DNA of 64,000 nucleotides. It comes from Bradymonadia bacterium. Its GTDB lineage: Bacteria; Myxococcota_A; Bradymonadia; UBA7976; UBA1532. Positions 1 to 8,735 of the stretch are shown in pieces. Position 1 is the stretch's first letter. Every line of letters begins with the position of its first letter. Below the pieces are notes generated by a model, which was not told where the DNA came from, searched no databases, and saw only the letters and a program-made list of their open reading frames with translations. A program made the translations under genes and the position numbers. The stretch spans positions 1-64,000 of the forward strand of contig JBKAGE010000007.1 in assembly GCA_046290225.1 (NCBI GenBank). Reading direction: 5' to 3'.

Positions 1-73
1 TCCTGGTTTGGCTTGTCCTCCGCTACACCACAAAACCTACCCTCAAAAGGGGGGTTGCGAATTGATAGAGAGT

Positions 74-99
74 CCGTGCCCGTGCCCGAAAAACTCTCT
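74..99. repeat. Dispersed (CGTGCC)n-AAAAACTCTCT intergenic repeat, copy 1
   Basis: CCGTGCCCGTGCCCGAAAAACTCTCT (74-99) is the exact reverse complement of 15845-15870 (26 bp). Confidence 0.75.
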
Positions 100-146
100 C
101 GCCCGCGGAGCGCCCCGTACGAGACAGCGTAAAGGCCCAAAAAACT

Positions 147-1385
147 TTGAGCACACCAACAAGAAAGCCGAGCATCGACGAGCACTTCATCGAAGATGAT
201 CTCGCAGCACTCGAGGCCTTCGTCCTCGACAATCAGCCTCTGGCTGAACTGGAGCAATTGCTGGCGGGCTTCAACCTCTTCGAAATCCTGGGCAATACCC
301 GTCGAGAAGAACGACACTCCGACTTCCTCGCTTTTCTGCTCGACCCCTCACAACCACATGGCTTCGGAGATGCCTGCCTGCAAGCATTCATGCAGGCCGC
401 CATCGATGGCGAAGCGATAGAGCCAAGCGGGTTACGCAAGATCGACATTGCACTGCTCGATCTATCCGACGCCAAGGTGGAGCGCGAGCGAGATCGCATC
501 GACATCCTGGTCACCTCGGAAGCTGAACGGTGTGTGATGCTCGTCGAAAACAAGGTCGACACCGACGAGCACAGCAATCAGCTGCATCGCTACCTGGAGT
601 TGACCAGACACCGTTACCCAGAGTGGAGCATCCTCCCTGTTTTTCTCACCCGTGACAGGCATTCAGGCACACACCCTGCCTACCACGCTGTTGGATATGA
701 AGACGTTCACAGAATCCTGACACAACAACTCGAACATCGACGTACTTCGTTGCCACCCGATGTTGAGGTTGCCGTGCGTCACTACGTTGAGCTGCTTGAG
801 AGGCACATCATGGAAGACACCCGGATCGCCGAGCTGGCCCGTAAAATCTACGCACGACACGCTCGAGCCCTCGACATCATCTTTGAGCACCGACCCGATG
901 CCCTGGATCACATCAGACGTGACATCGTGGACGCCATCGAGGCGCGGCCGGAGCTGCGGCTGATCAATGCCTCCAAATCATGTGTGCAATTCGTGCCCAC
1001 TGCGTGGGACGAGATCCCGACACTCCGAGATGGAGGCGACGGCACATGGTTCAAGTCACGAGAGCTGATGAGGTTCGAGTTCAAACTCCAAGATGGCCTG
1101 TCGCTGCACCTTTTGGTGGGGCCTGGTGAGCACGACACGCGCAAGGCGCTCTATGAAGAGAGCGGCACCGAGGCGAACACAAAGATCTTCAAGCACCGCA
1201 GCAACGCATTGTCTCCACGCTGGAGCCAACTGTGGCGTCTGAGGTTTTCGTCGAAAAAATTCGATGCCGAGTCGAGTATCGAGACGAGGGTAGAGAAGTT
1301 TCGTGAAGTCTGGCGTGAGTACCTGAGCCGAGACTTACCGAAGCTCACTCAAGTCTTCATCGATTTGTCGAAGGGTGGATTTTGA
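147..1385 (+). CDS. PD-(D/E)XK nuclease superfamily protein (PDDEXK_4-like)
   Basis: 412 aa ORF with REERHSDFLAFLLDP..HG.GD, then E-RDRIDIL...VENKV..E..NQL.RY, the typical PD-(D/E)XK pattern. TTG start is uncertain. Confidence 0.8.
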   Translation: MSTPTRKPSIDEHFIEDDLAALEAFVLDNQPLAELEQLLAGFNLFEILGNTRREERHSDFLAFLLDPSQPHGFGDACLQAFMQAAIDGEAIEPSGLRKIDIALLDLSDAKVERERDRIDILVTSEAERCVMLVENKVDTDEHSNQLHRYLELTRHRYPEWSILPVFLTRDRHSGTHPAYHAVGYEDVHRILTQQLEHRRTSLPPDVEVAVRHYVELLERHIMEDTRIAELARKIYARHARALDIIFEHRPDALDHIRRDIVDAIEARPELRLINASKSCVQFVPTAWDEIPTLRDGGDGTWFKSRELMRFEFKLQDGLSLHLLVGPGEHDTRKALYEESGTEANTKIFKHRSNALSPRWSQLWRLRFSSKKFDAESSIETRVEKFREVWREYLSRDLPKLTQVFIDLSKGGF

Positions 1386-1452
1386 GCCCGTGCAGGCTCA
1401 GTAGAAGCGGAGGATCTCGAACCACACCGAGCGTATGCTCAGCAGAGGCAGC

Positions 1453-1518
1453 TCAGCCGATGCTCAGCGTCGAGATGCAGACCGCCATCCACATCGCCAT
1501 GGAGTAGGCGCGTGCCAT
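1453..1518 (-). CDS. Putative 21-aa hydrophobic small peptide (MARAYSMAMWMAVCISTLSIG)
   Basis: ATG at 1518 with AGGAG 7 nt upstream (complement of 1526-1530), stop at 1453-1455. Otherwise empty intergenic space. Confidence 0.4.
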   Translation of the reverse strand: MARAYSMAMWMAVCISTLSIG

Positions 1519-1617
1519 TGTCTTGCTCCTGTTGGTAGACAGTGAGGTGGGGGTCGTTGATGAGGATGACGACCCCTCGTGCTTACCTGTTACGAACATC
1601 GGCACAGGCGGATCTAT

Positions 1618-1635
1618 TTCTGGAGCGCTCCAGAA
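1618..1635. promoter_or_regulatory. Perfect 18-bp palindrome TTCTGGAGCGCTCCAGAA, candidate operator
   Basis: Self-complementary with a central CG as in LacI-family operators. Lies in an AT-richer stretch between the divergent small ORF and the gene at 1734. Confidence 0.4.
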
Positions 1636-1733
1636 CATTTTTTTGCATTTTATGCAGGCTCGGCGCTCTGAGATTGAAACCGCCGGTACACTGACCGATA
1701 CCTGGGGCAGGCCCCAACAGCAGTGGAGTCGAC

Positions 1734-2828
1734 ATGTTACGCCGCCCACACCTCGAACTCACCCGTGGCCTGGCCTTGAGCCTCGTCACCGGCTTGGCTT
1801 TGGGCATTGTCCCAGGGCGCGTGAACGGGGAGACGCCTGACGCCACCGTCGAAGCAGCCCCCAGCGTAGCGCCGCTGCCAGAAGGCTGGGCGAATCACTT
1901 TGCCGAGATCAGGCCTGATCCAGCGCCGAAGAAGCTGACCAACAGCCGCCACTACCTGATCAGCAACGAAGACCTGCACACGGTCTTCAAACCTTCGCTC
2001 ACGGGTAAGGGTGGGGTGTATGTCGGCCTCGCCACCGATCAGAACTACACCATGGCCGCCTGGGCTGAGTCAGAAATGCTTGTGCTCATCGACTTCGACC
2101 AGATGGTGGTCGATCTGCACGAGGTCTACGGGGTGATCTTCAAAGAGGCCCGCACCCCCGTGGCCTTCCTCGACCTGTGGCAGAGCCGATCGCAGCAGAA
2201 GGTCGAGGGGCTGATCCTCGACGACGCCCCCAACGAGAACATCGGCGAGCGTCGGGTGACGGCGTATCGTAAGGGGCGCCGTGCGGTGGAGCGCCAGCTC
2301 AACACCCTGCTCGGCCAGTACCACGCCAACGGGGTGGCCACCTTCCTCGAAGACCAGCGGCAGTACAATCACCTCAGGACTCTGTGGCAGCAAGGGAAGG
2401 TCATCCCCTTCAGGGCAGATCTCAACGGCCCCCACGCCGTCTCTGATCTCGCCCGGGCCCTCGAGGCGGTGAACCGCAAAGTCTCGGTGCTGTACCTGTC
2501 GAACGCCGAGCAGTACTTCAAATATGGCGCCGCCTTCCGAGCGAACATGCTGGCCCTGCCCATGGACGCCGACACGCTGGTGCTGCGCACGTGGCACGTG
2601 GGTCAGGTGAAGTACATCTACCTTGTGCAAGCAGGGAGCAATTTCCGCCTCTGGCTACAAGATCCGCGACACAGCTTTGTGCAGTCGATGTTCAAACCCC
2701 GCTGGCGCGAGCGCCCGGGGCGTCTGCTGACCATCGCCCACACACCGAAGCCGCCGCCGAAGCCGAAGCCGCCAGAGGATCCGCGCATGCGTCACAAGAA
2801 AGAGAAGGCGAAGAAGCGTCGGGGGTAA
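1734..2828 (+). CDS. Uncharacterised exported protein (ISNE...GGVYVGLATDQNY motif family)
   Basis: 364 aa, N-terminal signal-like hydrophobic stretch, GGAG upstream, Pro/Lys-rich tail. Confidence 0.7.
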   Translation: MLRRPHLELTRGLALSLVTGLALGIVPGRVNGETPDATVEAAPSVAPLPEGWANHFAEIRPDPAPKKLTNSRHYLISNEDLHTVFKPSLTGKGGVYVGLATDQNYTMAAWAESEMLVLIDFDQMVVDLHEVYGVIFKEARTPVAFLDLWQSRSQQKVEGLILDDAPNENIGERRVTAYRKGRRAVERQLNTLLGQYHANGVATFLEDQRQYNHLRTLWQQGKVIPFRADLNGPHAVSDLARALEAVNRKVSVLYLSNAEQYFKYGAAFRANMLALPMDADTLVLRTWHVGQVKYIYLVQAGSNFRLWLQDPRHSFVQSMFKPRWRERPGRLLTIAHTPKPPPKPKPPEDPRMRHKKEKAKKRRG

Positions 2829-3215
2829 TCAGACACTCAGCTGACGGGCGATCTCGGAGAAGCGCTCAGAGGCCAGGGGCTTGTCGAGGAACGCGTGTAC
2901 GAAGGGGTTCGCCTCGGCCTGGGCCCGCTCCGCAGCCATGAGCGAGGTGGTGAGCATGATGACCACCCCTCGAGCCTGCTGGTGCTCCGGCAGGGTGGCG
3001 TAGACCTCAAGAAACTCGAAGCCGTTCATCCCGGGCATGTTGATGTCGAGCAAGATGACGTCGGGGCGATCTGCCTCATGCATCGACTTCAGGTAATCCA
3101 GAGCCGCAGCGCCATCGTCCACGGCGTCGATGTGCTCGGCGAGACCCGTCTTCTTGATCGCCCGGCGATGGACCATGTTGGCCACAGTGTCATCATCTAC
3201 CAGCAGTACCCGCAT
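2829..3215 (-). CDS. Single-domain response regulator (REC)
   Basis: LLVDDD, ILLDINMPGMNGFEFL, MLTTS, LDKPL receiver motifs. Confidence 0.92.
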   Translation of the reverse strand: MRVLLVDDDTVANMVHRRAIKKTGLAEHIDAVDDGAAALDYLKSMHEADRPDVILLDINMPGMNGFEFLEVYATLPEHQQARGVVIMLTTSLMAAERAQAEANPFVHAFLDKPLASERFSEIARQLSV

Positions 3216-3221
3216 ACCCTC

Positions 3222-4433
3222 TCAACTCTCACCGAACGTGATCGTAAACCGAGCCCCCTCGCCAGGAGCACTCTCGACCTCGATGCCACCACCCAACCGG
3301 CTCAATGACTGTCGTACCATGTAGAGGCCGATGCCCGAGCCCGGGATGTTCTTGTGGGCCCGTTTGAAGAGGCCGAAGATCTTGCTTTGATCCCTGTCGA
3401 GATCGATGCCGATGCCCTTGTCAGCCACCGAGAGCTTGACCTGACCGTCTACTCGCCAGCTGCGGATGGAGATCTGAGGGGTCTCTGCAGGTGCGGTGTA
3501 TTTGATGGCATTGCTCAGCAGGTTCTCGAAGAGACTCTGTAAGTGCACGCTCGAGTACTTCACCGTGGGCGCCTCGGAGAAATCCGCGGAGATCTCCGCG
3601 TGCCTCTCGGTGATTTGCTGTCCGAGGATGTCACGGGCTGCAGCCAGTGCAGCATCGAAGGTCAGCTCTGTGGTCTCGGGCAGACCTTCTCCCCGAGCCT
3701 GAGCCACCTGCACCAGAGCGTTGATCTTGCTTTGCCCCGTCTCACAGGCGGTGTGCATCATCTTGATGATGGACTGCCCCTCGGCATCCTCCACCATGCC
3801 GTCCTCTTCGAGGATGCCCAACAGACTGTTGATGTTGTTCAACGGCGCCTTGAGATCATGGGTGGCCACATAGGCCAGCTCCTCGAGCTCCTCGTTGTTG
3901 CGTTGTAGCTCGGCGGTGCGCGCCACCACTCGGGCTTCGAGCTCTTCATTGAGGGCCCGCAGCTCGGCGGTCCGCTCTGCCACCTTCTGCTCGAGCTCTT
4001 CGTTGATGGCCTGTAGCCGGGCCTCGGCTTCTTTTTGCAAGGTGATGTCAGTGGCCACCCCGATGTGGCTGATCACTGAGCCATCGGCATCGCGCTCGAA
4101 GACCGTGTCGATGGAGAGCAGCCACACCCATCGGCCGTTTCGATGCTTGACTCGGTACTCGATGTGGCTCAGCTCCCCGTCGGGCATCTCCCTAATTTTG
4201 GCCATGTTGGCAAACACAGCAGGGAGATCGTCAGGGTGAAACACGGTGGTCACGAAGTCGGACCCCATGGCGACCAGCTCTTCGCTGGTATAGCCCATGG
4301 CCTCGCCGAGGCCGCGGTTGGTGTACTCGTTGGACTGGGTCTTCTGATTGAAGACGTAGATGAGGTTGGGGACGATATCGACGACCTTGGTCAGAAACTC
4401 GCCCGCATCCCACCTCAGCTGATCGTTGCCCAT
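3222..4433 (-). CDS. Cytoplasmic PAS/PAC sensor histidine kinase
   Basis: PAS (FHPDD, EYRVKHRNGRWVW), coiled coil, H-box ATHDLKAPL, N-box NLLSNAIKY, G-boxes DKGIGI and GSGIGL. Confidence 0.93.
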   Translation of the reverse strand: MGNDQLRWDAGEFLTKVVDIVPNLIYVFNQKTQSNEYTNRGLGEAMGYTSEELVAMGSDFVTTVFHPDDLPAVFANMAKIREMPDGELSHIEYRVKHRNGRWVWLLSIDTVFERDADGSVISHIGVATDITLQKEAEARLQAINEELEQKVAERTAELRALNEELEARVVARTAELQRNNEELEELAYVATHDLKAPLNNINSLLGILEEDGMVEDAEGQSIIKMMHTACETGQSKINALVQVAQARGEGLPETTELTFDAALAAARDILGQQITERHAEISADFSEAPTVKYSSVHLQSLFENLLSNAIKYTAPAETPQISIRSWRVDGQVKLSVADKGIGIDLDRDQSKIFGLFKRAHKNIPGSGIGLYMVRQSLSRLGGGIEVESAPGEGARFTITFGES

Positions 4434-4442
4434 GTCATTCCC

Positions 4443-6986
4443 TCACACGTCGTCGAGATCGAGCCCGACAGCCTCCCCCGCAGCCTGGCGCTCGGGGCCC
4501 AGGCTCGCCGCCATCAACAACGGCACCCTCAAGGTGTGATCTTTAAGCACAGCCATCAACCGGTCGTCTGCGAGGGCCTTGGCGATCAGGGCGTCGGCCG
4601 TGGCGGCCTTGATCGACGCATCGCTCGAAGCGAGACCGTCCAGCGCACGTGTGAACCCCACCACCTCACGGGACGGCGGCATGGGCGCTCGGGGGGCAGC
4701 AGGGGTGTCCCCCAACGTGGCGGGCGCGCCGGAAAGATAGGCCCGCCTCAGGGTCATGATGTCTTGAGAGAGGACCTCATCCGACTGGCCGAGACACCAT
4801 TGATAGAATTCATGCACGTACGCATCTGAGACGTCGCGGTTGAGCGGCTTGTCGGTGCCCCTCACCCGCAAGACCCGATCTTTGAGCCCTCTCAGCCGCT
4901 TCCAGAGCAGGTAGTAGCCCAGCTTCACCTTGGTCTGGAACCCCACGGCGTCTTCGAGCACGAAGCCCTCGATGTGGCTGCCCTGAAACGTGTAGTCGGC
5001 CTGCTGAGCGCTCTGCAGCCAGCCCCAGAGCGAAGGCCAGTCCGAGAAGCGGGTGGCCTTCTGCTTCACCTCGAGCTCAAAGCGCCGCCCCACGGCCTGC
5101 ACGACCGCGTAGGGTGCCCCCTCGAAGGCAGGGCTTCGGCGCACGACGTCGAGCAGGATCACTCGGGGGCCGTCGTACTCGATGATGTGGGGGTCTTCTT
5201 TCGGATCGACCACCTCGAAGGTCATCGAGGATCCTGTGTCTCTCAGGTACCGCCGGATGCCCTCGAGCTTCGCCTCACCGACGATGTCGTCGAGCAACCC
5301 CTTGAACCGCACCGCGAAGTCACCCTCGAGGGTGGACTTCGTGGCACACAACAGGCTGTCACTCTGGGCGTCGTAGCCCAGAATACCCAAGTAGCCATTC
5401 TCTTTGACGTACACGTCGACGGGGAACCGCAAGCTCTCCGCCAGGGCCCCGGGCTGGGTCTCCGGGCGCTCGCCGAGGTTGAAGAACTTGTCGTACGACC
5501 GAGCGACGATCTCACCGGTGGTGGTGTCTACGAAGAGGCCCCGAGCGGTGATGTTCAAATCATCCCAGAGACGATCCATGAAGGCGTCTCGGGTGAAGTT
5601 GAAGGCCGAGATGTGGGGCAAGCTCGGCGAGGGCTTCTCGGCGATGAGGGCGTGGCCTTGCAGCGCCTTCACGCCCGCTTCGTCGAACTTTACCAGGGGG
5701 GATGCCCCGGCCTTGACCCATGGGGGCAGGCTCTTCTTGTGGTTGATGACGCTGCCTTGAGTCATGCGGACCTCCAGAGGCGCAAAGATACGATTCGCGA
5801 TGAGCGTGCCCGTGAACCCTCGCTCGTCGAGGGTGAGGCACCGCAGGTGGCCGCCATGCTCAACGGCCCCTTCGAGGTTGAAGCTGCGATCAGCAGCGCG
5901 GATGGGCAGCGACCACGGGTTGCGATGACCGTGGACCTGAACCCAGCCTTCAGGGGCCTGGGCGGTGAACAGACGGTCGACGGGGCTGTTGTACCGCCCT
6001 GTGCCCCGGCCATATTGGCGTACGCTCACCTGAGCGGGCATCTCCGGCAGAGTGGAGAGCCCGGCGTGGGTCACTATGACGCGATGCTCGCCCCACTGAT
6101 AGAGCACACACGCTTGCATTGATCGACACAGCGCCTTCACCGCCTCGCGTTCGATGCCTGCCTGCTCGAGTTGAGGTGCGGTGCGGAGGTTGAATTCCTC
6201 TGATCTCACCTCTTCACCATGGGCCCAGGCGTCGAGGTGATCTTCGTGATTGCCCCACAACACGATCACGTTGTCGCGATGGTGATGTTCGAGCATGAAC
6301 TGCACCACCTCGGCGTTCTCGATGCCCCGATCACACAGGTCACCCACGAAGATGTAGAGCGCGTCGTCGCGTACACCGCCATGGGCATCGAGCCATTGCT
6401 TCAAGGGCGTGAAGCAGCCCTGCAAGTCGCCGATGTGATGCACCGCCTTCCATGGTGAGGCGTCGAGGACTGGCACCTGCAACCATGCCTGCATGGCTTC
6501 GATGTGCTCGCCCTCGGGGGACCACAACACACGGTGCACCTCTTCAGGTACGTCGTTCTCGACGACAGCCTTCCAGGTCCGCTCCATCACGTCTTCGGGT
6601 ACCACGGCCCACGGCGCCCTCTGCCGGTTGCGCTCCAGGGCGAGTTCGAGCGGCACGGCGGAGAAGTCGAGACAGGCGATGTCGTAGTGGTACCGCTCGG
6701 CGAGCTGCAGATAACGTTTGAAGTCGCGTCGACGACGATGGGTGGCGTCGATGGCGATCAGCTCGCCCCGAGCCATCCGCTCTTCGAGCAGGCCGTAGAG
6801 CATGCCCCACACCCGGGGCTCTTGATCATGATAGGTGGTGATGTCGCCGTGCTCGAGCAGGGTGGGGCTGCCCAGCATTTGTCGGATGACGTCACCGGAC
6901 AACATATAGCCGTCGAGGCCGAGCTGCCTCAGGGTATAGCTCTTGCCGGCCCCCTGCACCCCACGGGTGACGATGAGCTTGCGCAT
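4443..6986 (-). CDS. Trifunctional RNA repair enzyme: 5'-polynucleotide kinase + metallophosphoesterase + T4 Rnl1-like RNA ligase
   Basis: Kinase: P-loop GVQGAGKS and SGDVIR. Phosphoesterase: GDLQG, GDLCDRG, GNHE, THAG, HGH. Ligase: ARGLF, KFFN, motif I KENG, FEVV, EGFV, KVK. GAGG upstream. Confidence 0.88.
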   Translation of the reverse strand: MRKLIVTRGVQGAGKSYTLRQLGLDGYMLSGDVIRQMLGSPTLLEHGDITTYHDQEPRVWGMLYGLLEERMARGELIAIDATHRRRRDFKRYLQLAERYHYDIACLDFSAVPLELALERNRQRAPWAVVPEDVMERTWKAVVENDVPEEVHRVLWSPEGEHIEAMQAWLQVPVLDASPWKAVHHIGDLQGCFTPLKQWLDAHGGVRDDALYIFVGDLCDRGIENAEVVQFMLEHHHRDNVIVLWGNHEDHLDAWAHGEEVRSEEFNLRTAPQLEQAGIEREAVKALCRSMQACVLYQWGEHRVIVTHAGLSTLPEMPAQVSVRQYGRGTGRYNSPVDRLFTAQAPEGWVQVHGHRNPWSLPIRAADRSFNLEGAVEHGGHLRCLTLDERGFTGTLIANRIFAPLEVRMTQGSVINHKKSLPPWVKAGASPLVKFDEAGVKALQGHALIAEKPSPSLPHISAFNFTRDAFMDRLWDDLNITARGLFVDTTTGEIVARSYDKFFNLGERPETQPGALAESLRFPVDVYVKENGYLGILGYDAQSDSLLCATKSTLEGDFAVRFKGLLDDIVGEAKLEGIRRYLRDTGSSMTFEVVDPKEDPHIIEYDGPRVILLDVVRRSPAFEGAPYAVVQAVGRRFELEVKQKATRFSDWPSLWGWLQSAQQADYTFQGSHIEGFVLEDAVGFQTKVKLGYYLLWKRLRGLKDRVLRVRGTDKPLNRDVSDAYVHEFYQWCLGQSDEVLSQDIMTLRRAYLSGAPATLGDTPAAPRAPMPPSREVVGFTRALDGLASSDASIKAATADALIAKALADDRLMAVLKDHTLRVPLLMAASLGPERQAAGEAVGLDLDDV

Positions 6987-7026
6987 GTGATCCTCATAGA
7001 CTCAGATCCTCTAAGGTCCGAGTCTC

Positions 7027-7791
7027 TCAGGCGTCTTCGCCGCGGTGCATGATCTTCGACGACAGGGCCGACCGCTTGTTGCGCATGCGCATGTTGAGCA
7101 GCTCGACCACCAGGGAGAAGCCCATGGCCGAGTAGATGTAGCCCTTGCTCACGTGCACCCCGCCGCCTTCCATGAGCAACATACCGCCGATGAGCACGAG
7201 GAAGGCGAGCGCGAGCACACGCACTGTGGCGTTCTTCTGCACGAAGTCCCCGATGGGTCCGGCGAAGGCGAGCATGATGCCTACGGCGATGAGCACAGCG
7301 AGGACCATGACCGGCAGATGCTCGGCCATGCCCACGGCGGTGATGACCGAGTCGAGAGAGAAGACCACGTCGAGCAACATCACCTGGATCATGATGTCTC
7401 TGAAGTTGGCGACGTTCTTGCCGCCGCCATGTTCGTGATGCCCGTCGGGGTTGTTGACGTTTTCGTGGATCTCGGTGGTGGCTTTGTAGAGCAGGAACAA
7501 CCCACCGATGATCAAGATCAGATCTTTGCCGCTCACGGGGTGTTCACCCACGTGGAACAGCGGCTCTACCAACCGCATCACCCACGAGATCGACAGCAAC
7601 AACAAGATGCGAGAGATGAGGGCGGCGCCGATGCCCAGCCGCCGGGCTTTCAGTTGCTGATCTTCCGGCAGTCGCCCGCACAGAATGGTGATGAAGACGA
7701 TGTTGTCGATGCCGAGCACCACCTCCATCAAGGTGAGCACCATCAACGACACCCACGCCTGGGGGTCCGACATCCAGGTAAACAGATCCAT
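7027..7791 (-). CDS. TerC family integral membrane protein
   Basis: LMEVVLGIDNIVFI, GGLFLLYKAT.EI, LDVVFSLDSVITAVG; about 7 TM segments. Confidence 0.92.
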   Translation of the reverse strand: MDLFTWMSDPQAWVSLMVLTLMEVVLGIDNIVFITILCGRLPEDQQLKARRLGIGAALISRILLLLSISWVMRLVEPLFHVGEHPVSGKDLILIIGGLFLLYKATTEIHENVNNPDGHHEHGGGKNVANFRDIMIQVMLLDVVFSLDSVITAVGMAEHLPVMVLAVLIAVGIMLAFAGPIGDFVQKNATVRVLALAFLVLIGGMLLMEGGGVHVSKGYIYSAMGFSLVVELLNMRMRNKRSALSSKIMHRGEDA

Positions 7792-7857
7792 GTATGCCTC
7801 AGCGCATCTCGGTGAAGGCTCTCTGCAGGGCCTCGGTTCTCAAGGCTGCAGTGTTGC

Positions 7858-8553
7858 TCAATCCCAGACGAAGAGCCACTTCACCCCGCGGTAGAGACCA
7901 TAGAAGATCCACCCCACGGGTCCTGGGGAGACGGACTCTTCGACCCGGACGGTGATCCGGGCGAAGTCGGTCTGGTTGTTGAGCACCCGCATCTGACCTT
8001 CGAGGCGCTCAAGCTCACCGGTGACGCGGGAGAGTTCTTTCTCGACCTCAAGGATCTCCGCCACGTTCGTACCCTGGGCCACGAGCTCTTTGAGGCGGGC
8101 CTGCAGGGTCTTGAGGTTGTCGATGCGGATCATCAGATCGGCGTACTGAGCGGTCACATCGCGGGTGCGCACCTGCCGCCGGGTGACCTCGCCCACCTTC
8201 TGGATCATCTTCAAGGCCTCGTCGAGGCGATCGGAAGGCACCTTGATGGTGACGCTCTTGGTGGTCTGGCTCACCACGTAGCCCTTGAGAGGCTCCACCA
8301 TCTCGGCGATCTGCTTCACCGCGGGCTCGATGTCGTCCTCGTCGCTCACCTCGAGGGTGAGATCGGCGTCGCGGATGAGCTTGCGGCTCTTCTTGTCGGT
8401 GGGCTCAGCCCCGGCGAGGGAGGCGCCGGCGCTCGCAGAGGGCGCCCGCTCCATGCTCGAGTCCGCGCGGTATGCGTGGGGTGCGCCACCACCACAGCCC
8501 ACGGTGAAGGCCAACATCAACACTGCGCCCATCATCTGCGCCCATCGGCTCAT
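7858..8553 (-). CDS. DUF4349-family lipoprotein
   Basis: Lipobox TVGC, RKLIRDADLTLEV, DVTAQY.D...R, coiled coil, hydrophobic C-terminus. Confidence 0.8.
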   Translation of the reverse strand: MSRWAQMMGAVLMLAFTVGCGGGAPHAYRADSSMERAPSASAGASLAGAEPTDKKSRKLIRDADLTLEVSDEDDIEPAVKQIAEMVEPLKGYVVSQTTKSVTIKVPSDRLDEALKMIQKVGEVTRRQVRTRDVTAQYADLMIRIDNLKTLQARLKELVAQGTNVAEILEVEKELSRVTGELERLEGQMRVLNNQTDFARITVRVEESVSPGPVGWIFYGLYRGVKWLFVWD

Positions 8554-8735
8554 CTTCGTCTCCTCCTCGACCCGCGCTGCTCGCGGGGCCGCTCAATGTG
8601 GATCAGTAGACGGCCTCCGGCAACCCGACTTTGTCATGGTTGTGCCATGAAGGTGTCCTGAAGCCATCACGAGATCTCACCATGAGATGTGCTGCAGAGA
8701 TGTGCTGCATCGATGCTCTCCCCTACACTGCGATC

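Noticed and set aside
18..28. TCCGCTACA near the window start as another copy of the 9.5 kb repeat
   Set aside because: Only a 9-bp match in GC-rich DNA, and its context is cut off by the window edge.
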